Positions 27,696 through 36,429 of a stretch of DNA of 64,000 nt are shown here, in pieces. Position 1 is the first letter of the stretch. Each line of letters opens with the position of its first letter. The DNA is from Dehalococcoidia bacterium (lineage in GTDB: Bacteria; Chloroflexota; Dehalococcoidia; DSTF01; RBG-16-68-14). The DNA lies in NCBI GenBank assembly GCA_040902195.1, contig JBBDXS010000014.1, forward strand, positions 256,457 to 320,456, written 5' to 3'. The notes under the pieces were generated by a model. The model did not search any database. It had not been told where the DNA came from and saw nothing but the letters and a program-made list of their open reading frames with translations. Both the position numbers and the translations under genes were made by a program.

Positions 27696-28130
27696 ATGTT
27701 CGGGTGGCTTGCCGGCGTGATCTTGAGGCGTTCGATCGCGCGCGTCAACGCAGGTGACGTTGGTCCGATGCTGAGCGGCTACGCGGAGGACGCCGTCCTG
27801 GTGTTTCCCGGAGAGAACTCCTGGGGAGGCGAGCATCGCGGGCGCGCCGCAATCAAGACGTTCCTGGAGCGGTTCGTCCGCGTCGGGCTGCAGTTCGAAG
27901 CGCACGAGGTCATGGTGAGCGGCTGGCCGTGGAGGGCCACCATGTGCGTTGTCTTTAGCGATCACGCGAAGGACGCCAAGGGCGCAATCGTCTACGAGAA
28001 CCACGGCGTGATCTACTGCAAGACGCGCTGGGGGAAGATCACGTTTCAGGAAGATTTCGAGGACACCGACAGGGTAGCTGCGTTCGACAAGTGGCTGGCT
28101 ATCCACGAGCCGGAAGCGGTGCCTGCCTAG
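27696..28130 (+). CDS. SnoaL-like / NTF2-fold family protein
   Basis: Size and pattern (YAEDAVLVFPG...G...AIKTFLERF...) are typical of SnoaL_2 proteins. Confidence 0.6.
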   Translation: MFGWLAGVILRRSIARVNAGDVGPMLSGYAEDAVLVFPGENSWGGEHRGRAAIKTFLERFVRVGLQFEAHEVMVSGWPWRATMCVVFSDHAKDAKGAIVYENHGVIYCKTRWGKITFQEDFEDTDRVAAFDKWLAIHEPEAVPA

Positions 28131-28188
28131 GAGGCGCCCTCACGCCAGCCCTCTCCCAGGGGGCGAGGGAGATTGAAGAGGAATTCAA

Positions 28189-28536
28189 ATGCCCAAGATC
28201 ACTGCGCTCGGGTTCATCATGCCGGTCAAGGACCTGGACGCGGCAGCGAAGTTCTACGTCGAGGCGTTCGAGCTGCGCGAGGTCTTCCGCAATGAGGGCA
28301 TCCTCTTCCTCGGCATACCAGGCACCGACAGCGCGGTAGGCCTCCTGCTCGATCCCGAGGGGGCGGGCCAGGGTCCGCGGCATATCGGGTTCCACGTGGA
28401 CCACGCGCTCGACCACAACGACGTCGTGGACGGCGTGGAGCGCGCGGGTGGGAAGGTGCTCGAACGCAGCGAACACGCGCCGGGCGTCCCCTTCGCCCGC
28501 GTCGCCGATCTCGACGGCAACGAGTTCGAGATCTAG
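28189..28536 (+). CDS. VOC (glyoxalase/bleomycin-resistance) family protein
   Basis: GFIMPVKDLDAAAKFYVEAF...HIGFHV...VADLDGNEFEI. Confidence 0.8.
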   Translation: MPKITALGFIMPVKDLDAAAKFYVEAFELREVFRNEGILFLGIPGTDSAVGLLLDPEGAGQGPRHIGFHVDHALDHNDVVDGVERAGGKVLERSEHAPGVPFARVADLDGNEFEI

Positions 28537-28565
28537 GCAAGTCGGAAGGGGAGCGTTCAGGTCCT

Positions 28566-29414
28566 GTGGGCCTGGCACTCACGCAGATGCTTAGATGGTT
28601 GTCACGCTTCTGGAGCCTGCCCTGGCCATTGAAGGGCGCTATTGCGGGGGGATGGATCCTCGCGGCGGCACTCGCCATAGTGGCAGCGCTGGCGCTCAGC
28701 GACGATTCCGACAAGGCAAGCCCGGCAGCGCTTGCGCACCCCTCATCCACCGCCACTGCTACAAGTGCCACCATGACTCCGCCGCCAACCGCCACGATAC
28801 AACCTTTCACCGCTCTCCCAGATCGCCAAGATTGCCGAATCATTCGCGGAACGCCATATCGCAGCGAGACTGAGCGTGCTTGGTTCTTGGCCTACTGCTT
28901 CTCGGCACAATTGCCGACATCAGAGGGCTTTCGAGGCACGGACGTGTCGCCTTCGCAAGCATGTCTCAACTTGGTGGAGGTGTATGACCCGTTGCTTGGG
29001 TGCGTCGCGACACCATCACTCGTCCAATTCGACATCTGGGACTGCAGCCGAGAAGATGGGAACATCGGTTGGTTTTGTACCTGGACCGGCCCGGCAGTCT
29101 GGTGTCCAGTGCGGCTAATCACTGACCCGAACTGCATACAAGGTGAGCAACACTGGAGCTGCTATGGTTGGGATGACATCACCAACTACAGCTGCGTCCT
29201 GGCTGAGGGTGTGGTGTGTGGGACCCTTGGAGGAGGGTGCATCGTAGGCGATCGGCCCGACATTGGCTATGCATCGTGTTTCAGAACTCACATTGCTGCG
29301 CCATGGACGTGCCCGGAGAGCATAGTTCGGGCGTTCGAATGCGATCTTCCCAGCGGCCTAATACCAGGCTTTACCGACAGGGCGTTTTGCTGGAGTCAGT
29401 CGGTCCTTCCTTAG
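28566..29414 (+). CDS. Hypothetical membrane-anchored, Cys/Trp-rich extracytoplasmic protein
   Basis: N-terminal TM (GGWILAAALAIVAALAL), a Thr/Pro/Ala linker, then ~190 aa with 16 Cys and many Trp. Visibly lower GC than neighbours. No recognisable family. Confidence 0.5.
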   Translation: MGLALTQMLRWLSRFWSLPWPLKGAIAGGWILAAALAIVAALALSDDSDKASPAALAHPSSTATATSATMTPPPTATIQPFTALPDRQDCRIIRGTPYRSETERAWFLAYCFSAQLPTSEGFRGTDVSPSQACLNLVEVYDPLLGCVATPSLVQFDIWDCSREDGNIGWFCTWTGPAVWCPVRLITDPNCIQGEQHWSCYGWDDITNYSCVLAEGVVCGTLGGGCIVGDRPDIGYASCFRTHIAAPWTCPESIVRAFECDLPSGLIPGFTDRAFCWSQSVLP

Positions 29415-29440
29415 AAGTGCCTGAGCCAGAAACGAGGCCC

Positions 29441-30055
29441 ATGACCGCCGCCATCCTGCTCGCCGCCGGCGAATCGACGCGCATGGGGCGGACGAAGGCG
29501 CTGCTGCCCTGGCGCGATACGCGGGCGCATGGCCATGCGCCCCTACTCATCGAATTTCAGGTGCGCGAACTGCGCGCGGCGGGCATCGATGACCTCGTCG
29601 TCGTGCTGGGCCACGACGCGGAAGCGATACGCCCCTACGTGGAAGAAGGAGCAGCGATCGCCGTAAACGAGGCGTATCGAGAAGGGCGCGCGTCCTCGCT
29701 ACGCGCGGGCGCGGCCGCCCTACCCGACTCCGCCGGCCCGATCGTCATCCTCAGCGTCGATCAGCCGCGCACACGCGAGAACGTTCGCGCCGCGCTCGAG
29801 GCGCACGCGCGCGGCGACGCGTCGATCACGGTCCCGACGTATCGCGGCCATCGAGGACATCCTGTCGTGCTCGCGGGCGCGCTGCTGCCGGAGCTGCGCG
29901 AGGCGTCGGAAGAGGCGCAGGGGTTGCGCGGCGTGATCGCGGCGCACGAGGACGAGGTACGCGAGGTCGAGATCGACAACGAGCAGGTCGTGCTCGATAT
30001 CAATACGCCGGAGGAGTACGCGGCGGCGCTGCGCGACTACGGGACGCCGGTCTAG
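29441..30055 (+). CDS. mocA: Molybdenum cofactor cytidylyltransferase (MocA/MobA-like NTP transferase)
   Basis: ILLAAGESTRMGRTKALLPW ... DQP ... GHRGHPV. Contains an in-frame REP-derived segment (RAHGHAPL). Confidence 0.8.
   Translation: MTAAILLAAGESTRMGRTKALLPWRDTRAHGHAPLLIEFQVRELRAAGIDDLVVVLGHDAEAIRPYVEEGAAIAVNEAYREGRASSLRAGAAALPDSAGPIVILSVDQPRTRENVRAALEAHARGDASITVPTYRGHRGHPVVLAGALLPELREASEEAQGLRGVIAAHEDEVREVEIDNEQVVLDINTPEEYAAALRDYGTPV
29523..29546. repeat. Partial copy of the GCGCATGGCCATGCGCCCCTAC palindrome inside the mocA CDS
   Basis: GGGCGCATGGCCATGCGCCCCTAC. The right arm and core are identical to the other three copies and the left head is degenerate. Translated in frame as (T)RAHGHAPLL. 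Confidence 0.85.
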
Positions 30056-30597
30056 ACCACAAGCAGGCCGGCGGAGAGCTGGAGAATGAGCGCCGCATCG
30101 ATCACGTTCAACACGCCGTTGCCGTTGAAGTCGGCGTTCTCGTCGCACGTGATGCTGGCGAGGAGTGCCGCCTCGAACTGGAGCACTACCGCCGCATCGA
30201 TCGGATCGGTCGAGTCGTTGCAGTCAGCGTCGCCCAGGTCTTCGTGCGTCCACTCGTGAGTCGTGCCCGGCGGCGGACAAGCGTCGCATTCGCCGTGGAC
30301 AAGCAGCGTTACGCCTTCGCCCGGCCGCACGCACAGCGTGCCCCATTCCACGTTCGCCGAGAACCCGCCGCCGCTGTCGATCGTAGGCTCAGGACATCGG
30401 TCCGGCTGATCGACGAGGTCGATCTGCCATTGGTAATCGGAGAGCTCTGCCAGCATCGCGTCGGCCGGGAACGGCGTGTCATTGGTGAAGGTCAGCTCGT
30501 GCGTAAACGGAGGAGGGGCGGGCCCGGCGACAGCGACCTCCGATGCGGACAAGCCGATGCAGACCACTGCCAGCGCCAGGATTACGAATCGGCCCAC
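30052..30597 (-). CDS. Secreted protein with C-terminal dockerin-like (type I, EF-hand pair) module
   Basis: Signal peptide, then a C-terminus DCNDSTDPIDAAVVLQF ... DFNGNGVLNVIDAALILQLSAG that matches the duplicated dockerin Ca-binding repeat. Confidence 0.6.
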   Translation of the reverse strand: MGRFVILALAVVCIGLSASEVAVAGPAPPPFTHELTFTNDTPFPADAMLAELSDYQWQIDLVDQPDRCPEPTIDSGGGFSANVEWGTLCVRPGEGVTLLVHGECDACPPPGTTHEWTHEDLGDADCNDSTDPIDAAVVLQFEAALLASITCDENADFNGNGVLNVIDAALILQLSAGLLVV

Positions 30598-30686
30598 GGC
30601 TCACCTCCGAGATGCGCGCCTAGTATACGCTATCCCGCTCCGCGCTTTCGAGTGTCTCTAAGCCAGCCCCGCGCTACAATCGGGCC

Positions 30687-32261
30687 ATGCCCAAGGTCCT
30701 CGTCACCGACCCCATCGCCCAGGACGGCCTGGATCTCCTGAGCGCCGGCGCGGAGGTAGACGTCCGCCTACACCCCAGCAAGGACGAGCTGCTCAAGCTC
30801 ATCCCGAACTACGAGGCGCTCGTCGTCCGCTCCGAGACCAAGGTCACCGCCGACGTCATCGAGGCAGGGAAGCGACTGCAGGTGATCGGCCGCGCCGGTA
30901 CTGGCGTCGACAACATCGATCTCGACGCGGCGACGCTGCGCGGCGTGATCGTCGTGAACGCGCCGCTGGGGAATATCATCTCGGCGGCCGAGCACACTGT
31001 CGCGCTTATGCTCGCGCTCGCGCGCCGCCTGCCCGAGGCGAACAACTCGCTCCGCGCCGGACGCTGGGAACGGCAAGACTTGCTCGGCGTCGAGCTGCGC
31101 GGGCGCACGCTGGGGCTGATCGGCCTGGGGCAGGTCGGCTCGGAGGTCGCGCGGCGGGCGCGGGGGCTCGAGATGCGCGTCGTCGCGCACGACCCGTACG
31201 TCACACCCGACCGCGCGCAGGGTATCGGCGTCGAGCTGGTCTCGATGGACGACCTGCTCTCGATGGCGGACTTCGTCTCGATGCACGTGCGCCTCACGCC
31301 GCAGACGCAGGACCTGATCAACGACGAGCAGATCGCGAAGATGAAGGACGGCGTGCGCATCATCAACACCGCGCGCGGAGAGCTAATCGAGGAAGCAGCG
31401 CTCCTCCGCGCGCTCGGTTCCGGCAAGGTCGCCGGCGCGGCCATCGATGTCTTCCGCGAGGAGCCCCCGAAGGACAACCCGCTCATCGGCCACGACAAGA
31501 TCATCGTCACGCCGCACCTCGGCGCGCTCACCGCGGAGGCGCAAGAGCGCGTCGCGGTCGATGTCGCGCAGGAGATCGTCGCGGTGCTGAACGGCAGCCC
31601 GTCGCGATACGCCGTCAACGCACCACTCGTCTCGCCCGAAACGATGGAGGTGCTTGGCCCGTACCTGGACGTCGCGGAGCGTACAGCCTCGCTCGCCACG
31701 CAGATCAGCGCAGGCCAGCTCACCTCGGTCGAGATCGACTACCTTGGCGACATCGCCAATTACGACGTGACCCCGCTCAAGGCCGCGGTGATCAAGGGCC
31801 TCCTTGCGCCCGTCTCCGTCGAGAACGTCACGATCGTGAACGCGAACATCATCGCGCAGAACCGCGGCCTCCACATCACGGAGCGGCAAGGCCCGTCCGA
31901 TCAGTATGCGAGCTTGCTGTCGGTGCACATCCACACGACTGAAGGCGAAACGACGGTGGCCGGCACCGCTTTTCACGACGGCCTTCACATCATGCGCATC
32001 GACGAGTTCCCCATCGACATGCCGCCCGGCGACGGCTACTTGCTCATCTGCGAGAACCTGGACCGCCCTGGCATGGTCTACGCTGTCAGCGGCATCCTTG
32101 ACCAGCACGACATCAACATCAGCTTCATGGACCTCGGCCGCGAGAAGGTGCGCGGCCGCGCGATGATGGTCCTCGGACTCGACGACGAGGTCTCTCCGGA
32201 CGCGCTCACCGCGCTGGAGAACCTGCCCGACATCTATTCCGCCCGCGTCGCGAAGATCTAG
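30687..32261 (+). CDS. serA: D-3-phosphoglycerate dehydrogenase (long form with ASB and ACT domains)
   Basis: [24 protein letters not shown], the catalytic R/E/H region, and a C-terminal ACT (MVLGLDDEV). Confidence 0.9.
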   Translation: MPKVLVTDPIAQDGLDLLSAGAEVDVRLHPSKDELLKLIPNYEALVVRSETKVTADVIEAGKRLQVIGRAGTGVDNIDLDAATLRGVIVVNAPLGNIISAAEHTVALMLALARRLPEANNSLRAGRWERQDLLGVELRGRTLGLIGLGQVGSEVARRARGLEMRVVAHDPYVTPDRAQGIGVELVSMDDLLSMADFVSMHVRLTPQTQDLINDEQIAKMKDGVRIINTARGELIEEAALLRALGSGKVAGAAIDVFREEPPKDNPLIGHDKIIVTPHLGALTAEAQERVAVDVAQEIVAVLNGSPSRYAVNAPLVSPETMEVLGPYLDVAERTASLATQISAGQLTSVEIDYLGDIANYDVTPLKAAVIKGLLAPVSVENVTIVNANIIAQNRGLHITERQGPSDQYASLLSVHIHTTEGETTVAGTAFHDGLHIMRIDEFPIDMPPGDGYLLICENLDRPGMVYAVSGILDQHDINISFMDLGREKVRGRAMMVLGLDDEVSPDALTALENLPDIYSARVAKI

Positions 32262-32325
32262 CGGCAGGCACAATCGGCGGGTGGCTCATGAGCCGCCCCT
32301 ACACCGTCCTGCTATTCTGTTGACC

Positions 32326-33390
32326 GTGCGCCCGATTATCGCCTTGACGCTGCTGCTCACGTTTCTTGCGGCCGCGTGCGCGACGCACACGTCGAGCGAC
32401 CCGGACGTCGCGACAATACCAGCGCCAACCGCTGTACCGACGCCATCGCCAACGCCTGACGGCCAGGTGACGATTGCCGCCGTGGGCGACATCATGCTCG
32501 CGCGCGATCTGATCGATCTGATGGAGACGAACGGCGCGTTGTACCCGTTCGAGCGCGTCCGCTCGCTACTCGAGGACGCCGACCTCACGATCGCGAACAT
32601 GGAGGGCACGTTCACGGAACGCGGCATCGCGGCGGACAAGCTCTATACGTTCCGCACGCCACCGCGATTCGCCGCCGGCCTCGCGCAGGCCGGGATCGAT
32701 CTCGTCTCGCTCGGCAACAACCACGCCATGGACTTCGGGCCTCTGGCACTGGAAGACACGCTCGCCGCGCTCGACACCGCGGGCGTCCGTCATACCGGCG
32801 CCGGCGCAAACGAGCGCGCAGCGCGGTCGGCCGTCCTGGTCACGATCGATGGCGTCCGCATCGCGTTCCTTTCGTATACGAGCATCGTCGAGACGGTCTT
32901 CGCCGGGCCCGACAGCTCCGGCGTCGCGCAGGCCACGGTCGACGCGATCACGTCCGATGTGCAGTCGGCACGTGCGGCGGCCGACGTCGTGATCGTCGCG
33001 CTGCACAGCGGCGTCGAGTACACCGATGCGCCTCAGCCTGAGCAGCAGCAGCTCGCGCACGCCGCCATCGACGCCGGCGCCGCGCTCGTCCTCGGCCACC
33101 ATCCGCACACGCTCCAGGGTTGGGAGTACTACGGCGACGGGCTGATCGTTTACAGCCTGGGGAACTTCATCTTCGATCTCGACGCGGACGATCTGGCCAA
33201 CCTCGGCGCGCGCGCGTTCGAGTCGATTGTCCTCTACGTGACGCTGACGCCGGGCGGTGTGCAGAACGTGCGCGCGGAGCCGGCCTTCATCGATCCCGGC
33301 GAGGACCGCCCGCGCCCGGCGACGCCTCAGGAGGCTGCCGCGGTCCTGGAACGTCTCGACGCGCTCCACGAGATGGCGGGCCCGCCGTAA
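32326..33390 (+). CDS. CapA/PGA_cap family metallophosphatase-like lipoprotein
   Basis: Lipobox FLAAAC, then AAVGDIMLAR...NMEG...GNNHAMDFG...HSGVEY...GHHPH. The start is uncertain; the track ORF begins at 32281. Confidence 0.75.
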   Translation: MRPIIALTLLLTFLAAACATHTSSDPDVATIPAPTAVPTPSPTPDGQVTIAAVGDIMLARDLIDLMETNGALYPFERVRSLLEDADLTIANMEGTFTERGIAADKLYTFRTPPRFAAGLAQAGIDLVSLGNNHAMDFGPLALEDTLAALDTAGVRHTGAGANERAARSAVLVTIDGVRIAFLSYTSIVETVFAGPDSSGVAQATVDAITSDVQSARAAADVVIVALHSGVEYTDAPQPEQQQLAHAAIDAGAALVLGHHPHTLQGWEYYGDGLIVYSLGNFIFDLDADDLANLGARAFESIVLYVTLTPGGVQNVRAEPAFIDPGEDRPRPATPQEAAAVLERLDALHEMAGPP

Positions 33391-33398
33391 TCGAACAC

Positions 33399-33544
33399 GT
33401 CATTCTGAGTCCTTCGGAGAAGGGCGAAGAATCTCATCGCATGAGCGCAGGACGCCGCGCAACTGGCAATGGTGCTCCGTTTGTCGGGGATGGGCACCGC
33501 GCAGGCGTTCTACAGACCAGATCCTTCGCTTCGCTCAGGATGAC
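33399..33544 (+). repeat. 146-bp MITE-like unit of repeat family A with terminal inverted repeats GTCATTCTGAG / CTCAGGATGAC
   Basis: The left end resembles 870-915 and the right end matches 18140-18165. Fills the gap between two convergent genes. Confidence 0.6.
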
Positions 33545-33553
33545 CGAGGAGGC

Positions 33554-34837
33554 CTAGTCCAGCGGGTTCAGCACCGCGCCGGTCGCGAGCTTGGGGTAGA
33601 AGAACGTCGATTTTGCCGGCATGCGCTCGCCGGCATCTGCGACGGCGAGCATCTCCTCGATACGCGTTGGATTGAGCAAGAACGCCAGCGGCCAGCGGCC
33701 GCCCTCGACCTCTCGATGCGCGCGCTGCGCGTCCTCCGTGTACGCGATCGCGTCGCCCGTCGTGTCGACGCCCAGCGTCTCGCGCAGCACCGCGTACTCG
33801 AGCACGCTCACGTCCAGCGCCTGCCACGACGCCGACCGCTCCGGCATCAGCGCGCGCGCGGCCGCGCCGTCGCGCAGCGTGAGCAGATGCAGCCGCCCTT
33901 CCTCCAGCCCGATCGCGCCGAACGCCGTGCCGGACGCGCCAGACGCCGTCACGCGCGCGAGCAGCCGGAGCAGCGCGGTGCCGTCGTAGCTCTTGGGCGT
34001 AACGTCGTCGACGTCGAAGTAGCGCTGGAGGCGCGGAATAAGGTCAGACGGCAGCACGGGCGGCCGCACGAGGCGGTGGATCGGCAGCAGCGCCAGGCCG
34101 GGATCGTCCGCCGCGGTGATCGCCGCAAGCGCGAAGTTCTCGGGCTCCTCGCCCGTCCACTCGCGCGCCCGCGCCTTGCGTTCGTCTCGATACGCCAGCG
34201 CCGTCTCGAATCGATGATGCCCATCGAGGATATAGAACGGCTCGTCGCGTAGCGCCGAAGTGAACGCCTCGATGGCGTTGCGGTCGCGCACGGCGGCGAG
34301 CGTGTAGCGCTGGCCATCGGGCGTGCGCGAGTCGAACAACGGCGCGCCTGTCGCCGGCACGTCGAGCTTGCGCGCCGTGACGAACACCGGGCTGACGTTG
34401 ACGCGCAGGTGGCGCAGGAGCTGGAGGCGGTCCTCCTTCGGCTTGGCCATCGTCTCCTCGTGCGGGCGGACGGAGCCCGCCGGCCACGGCTCGACGCGCA
34501 GCCGGCCGAAGACGGCCGTCCGCTTGCGACGCGCGCCCTCGAACTCGAACTCCTGCGTGTAGACGTAGAACGACGGCTCGTCTTCCTGCGCGATGACGCC
34601 GGCGCGACGCCACGCGTCCAGCGTCGACGCCGCGCGCGTGTAGCGGTTCGAGCGGCCGTTGTCGTCCTGGCGCTGCTCGCTCAGCTCCAGGCGCACGACG
34701 TTGTAGGGACTCCGTTCGTGGAGCGCCGCCTGTTCCTCCGCATCGATGACATCGAAGGGCGGCGCCAGCACGGAGCCGATGTCACCTACCGCGCTGGGGT
34801 CGTATCGAAGGCCGCGGAACGGGCGGAAATCAGCCAC
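33554..34837 (-). CDS. DUF1015 family protein
   Basis: MADFRPFRGLRYDP...LAPPFDVI...YILDGHHR are DUF1015 hallmarks. Confidence 0.85.
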   Translation of the reverse strand: MADFRPFRGLRYDPSAVGDIGSVLAPPFDVIDAEEQAALHERSPYNVVRLELSEQRQDDNGRSNRYTRAASTLDAWRRAGVIAQEDEPSFYVYTQEFEFEGARRKRTAVFGRLRVEPWPAGSVRPHEETMAKPKEDRLQLLRHLRVNVSPVFVTARKLDVPATGAPLFDSRTPDGQRYTLAAVRDRNAIEAFTSALRDEPFYILDGHHRFETALAYRDERKARAREWTGEEPENFALAAITAADDPGLALLPIHRLVRPPVLPSDLIPRLQRYFDVDDVTPKSYDGTALLRLLARVTASGASGTAFGAIGLEEGRLHLLTLRDGAAARALMPERSASWQALDVSVLEYAVLRETLGVDTTGDAIAYTEDAQRAHREVEGGRWPLAFLLNPTRIEEMLAVADAGERMPAKSTFFYPKLATGAVLNPLD

Positions 34838-34963
34838 AGGGGCCGCGGTGTGGAATCGAGGAGGGCATCGATCGCCACTATAGCACCCGCCGCGGCTACG
34901 AGCCGACCGCCCTTCCGCCCCGCATAACGCGAAGCCGTTGTGATTCTGCAGCCCCGTTATCGC

Positions 34964-34992
34964 TTGACCCAGACCGCCTGCGCGCGTAATCT
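34964..34992 (+). promoter_or_regulatory. Candidate sigma-70 promoter TTGACC-17 nt-TAATCT
   Basis: TTGACC 34964-34969 and TAATCT 34987-34992, about 165 nt upstream of the HIT gene. Confidence 0.35.
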
Positions 34993-34998
34993 ACTGCT

Positions 34999-35106
34999 AA
35001 AGGGCATAGGCGTTAGATTGTTTCCTGGTCTCGGGGGTCGCCAGACTTCCCCCTGGCCCGTAGCCGACGCAGGCGGTCTCCACCGGGGGCCGCCTGCGTT
35101 TTCTTG
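34999..35106 (+). ncRNA. Candidate ~105-nt structured leader or small RNA of unknown class (promoter to intrinsic terminator)
   Basis: Bounded by the candidate promoter and the terminator hairpin. The internal GGGGG...CCCCC and GGUCU...AGACU pairings are mutually exclusive. I could not match it to any riboswitch consensus. Confidence 0.3.
35067..35106 (+). terminator. Intrinsic terminator/attenuator hairpin ACGCAGGCGG-N13-CCGCCTGCGT followed by TTTTCTT
   Basis: Perfect 10-bp GC-rich stem plus a T-run, 53 nt upstream of HIT gene ATG 35159. Confidence 0.5.
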
Positions 35107-35158
35107 GGCGACGCGGGCCTCGAACTCACGGCGCAACGCCCGCTATCATGCCGGAGCC

Positions 35159-35482
35159 ATGGAGTCCTGGTGCACGTTCTGCCGTATCGTCGCGCGCGAA
35201 GAGCCCGCCGACATCCTGTTCGAAGACGACGAGGTCATCGTCTTCCGCAACCGGCTGCGCTGGGTCCCCGTAATGCTGCTCGTCGTGCCGAAGGAGCACA
35301 AGGGACAGGACGAGCTGTGGCTTGCCCTCGGCCGCGCCGGCGAGGTGGCGGTGCAGATGGGCATCGAGCACTGCCCGAACGGCTTCCGGCTCTTGTCGAA
35401 TTTTGGCCACGACGCGATGCAGAGCCAGTCGCACGGCCATATTCACGTTCTGGGCGGGACGTTCCTCGGTGAGTACGCATAG
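35159..35482 (+). CDS. HIT family (histidine triad) protein
   Basis: CTFCRI...VPKEH...HGHIHVLGG (HxHxHxx). Confidence 0.85.
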   Translation: MESWCTFCRIVAREEPADILFEDDEVIVFRNRLRWVPVMLLVVPKEHKGQDELWLALGRAGEVAVQMGIEHCPNGFRLLSNFGHDAMQSQSHGHIHVLGGTFLGEYA

Positions 35483-35557
35483 ACGCACCCTTGCGAACAA
35501 CCGGTTCCTGCGATAGTGTTTTGCCGCACAGCGTGCACCAGATGAAAGGGAGTACCA

Positions 35558-36424
35558 ATGCCGTTCGAACCGCTCAAGCCGAAGGTCAATCGCGCACCGA
35601 TCAAGGTCGCTGACGACACGTACCTGATCCAACAGATGCAGGAGGCGGCCATCGGACCGCTCTGGGTCTATCTCAACTCACTCGTGATCAAGGGATCGGA
35701 GCCGATCATCGTCGATACGGGAACGCCCGCGAACCGCGAGCAGTGGATGAAGGACGTCTTCTCGATCGTCGATCCGGGCGACGTGCGCTGGATCTTCCTA
35801 TCCCACGACGACATCGACCACTCGGGCAACCTCGCCGAGGTAGCCGAGGCGTGCCCGAACGCCACAATCGTGCTGACGTGGTTCTACATGGAGCGCCACT
35901 CCTGCGCGATGAACTTCCCGATGGAGCGCGTCCGCTGGATCAACGAAGGACAGTCGTGGAAGGCGGGCGACCGCACGCTGACCGCGCTCGTGCCGCCGCT
36001 CTTCGACTCGCCGACGACGCGCGGGCTGTACGACGACAAGACCGGCGTCTACTGGGCCGTCGATTCGTTCGCGCTGCCGCTCCCCGGCCCGGTGGACGAC
36101 ATCAGTCAGATCCCGCTCGATGCCTGGCAGCAAGGCGTCGGGATGTTCAACACGATGAACAGCCCCTGGTTCAAGATGCTGGACCAGGACAAGTACGAGC
36201 GCCACGTCGACCGCGTGCAGAACCTGGACATCGAGGTCATCGCCTCGTGTCACAGCCCGATGATCAAGCGCCCGGAAATCGCGACGGCGTTCGACATGAT
36301 CCGGAACATCCCGAACCTCGACCCTCCGCCGCAGCCGCAGCAGGCGGACCTGGATGAGCTGATGCACTGCATCGCGACGGGCAAGCAATACGTGTGGGAG
36401 CCGCAGCCTCCGGCCGGCGCGTAG
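35558..36424 (+). CDS. MBL-fold metallo-hydrolase family protein
   Basis: VDTGT...FLSHDDIDHSGNL (HxDxDH-type variant) and a distal CHSP. Confidence 0.7.
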   Translation: MPFEPLKPKVNRAPIKVADDTYLIQQMQEAAIGPLWVYLNSLVIKGSEPIIVDTGTPANREQWMKDVFSIVDPGDVRWIFLSHDDIDHSGNLAEVAEACPNATIVLTWFYMERHSCAMNFPMERVRWINEGQSWKAGDRTLTALVPPLFDSPTTRGLYDDKTGVYWAVDSFALPLPGPVDDISQIPLDAWQQGVGMFNTMNSPWFKMLDQDKYERHVDRVQNLDIEVIASCHSPMIKRPEIATAFDMIRNIPNLDPPPQPQQADLDELMHCIATGKQYVWEPQPPAGA

Positions 36425-36429
36425 GCCCC

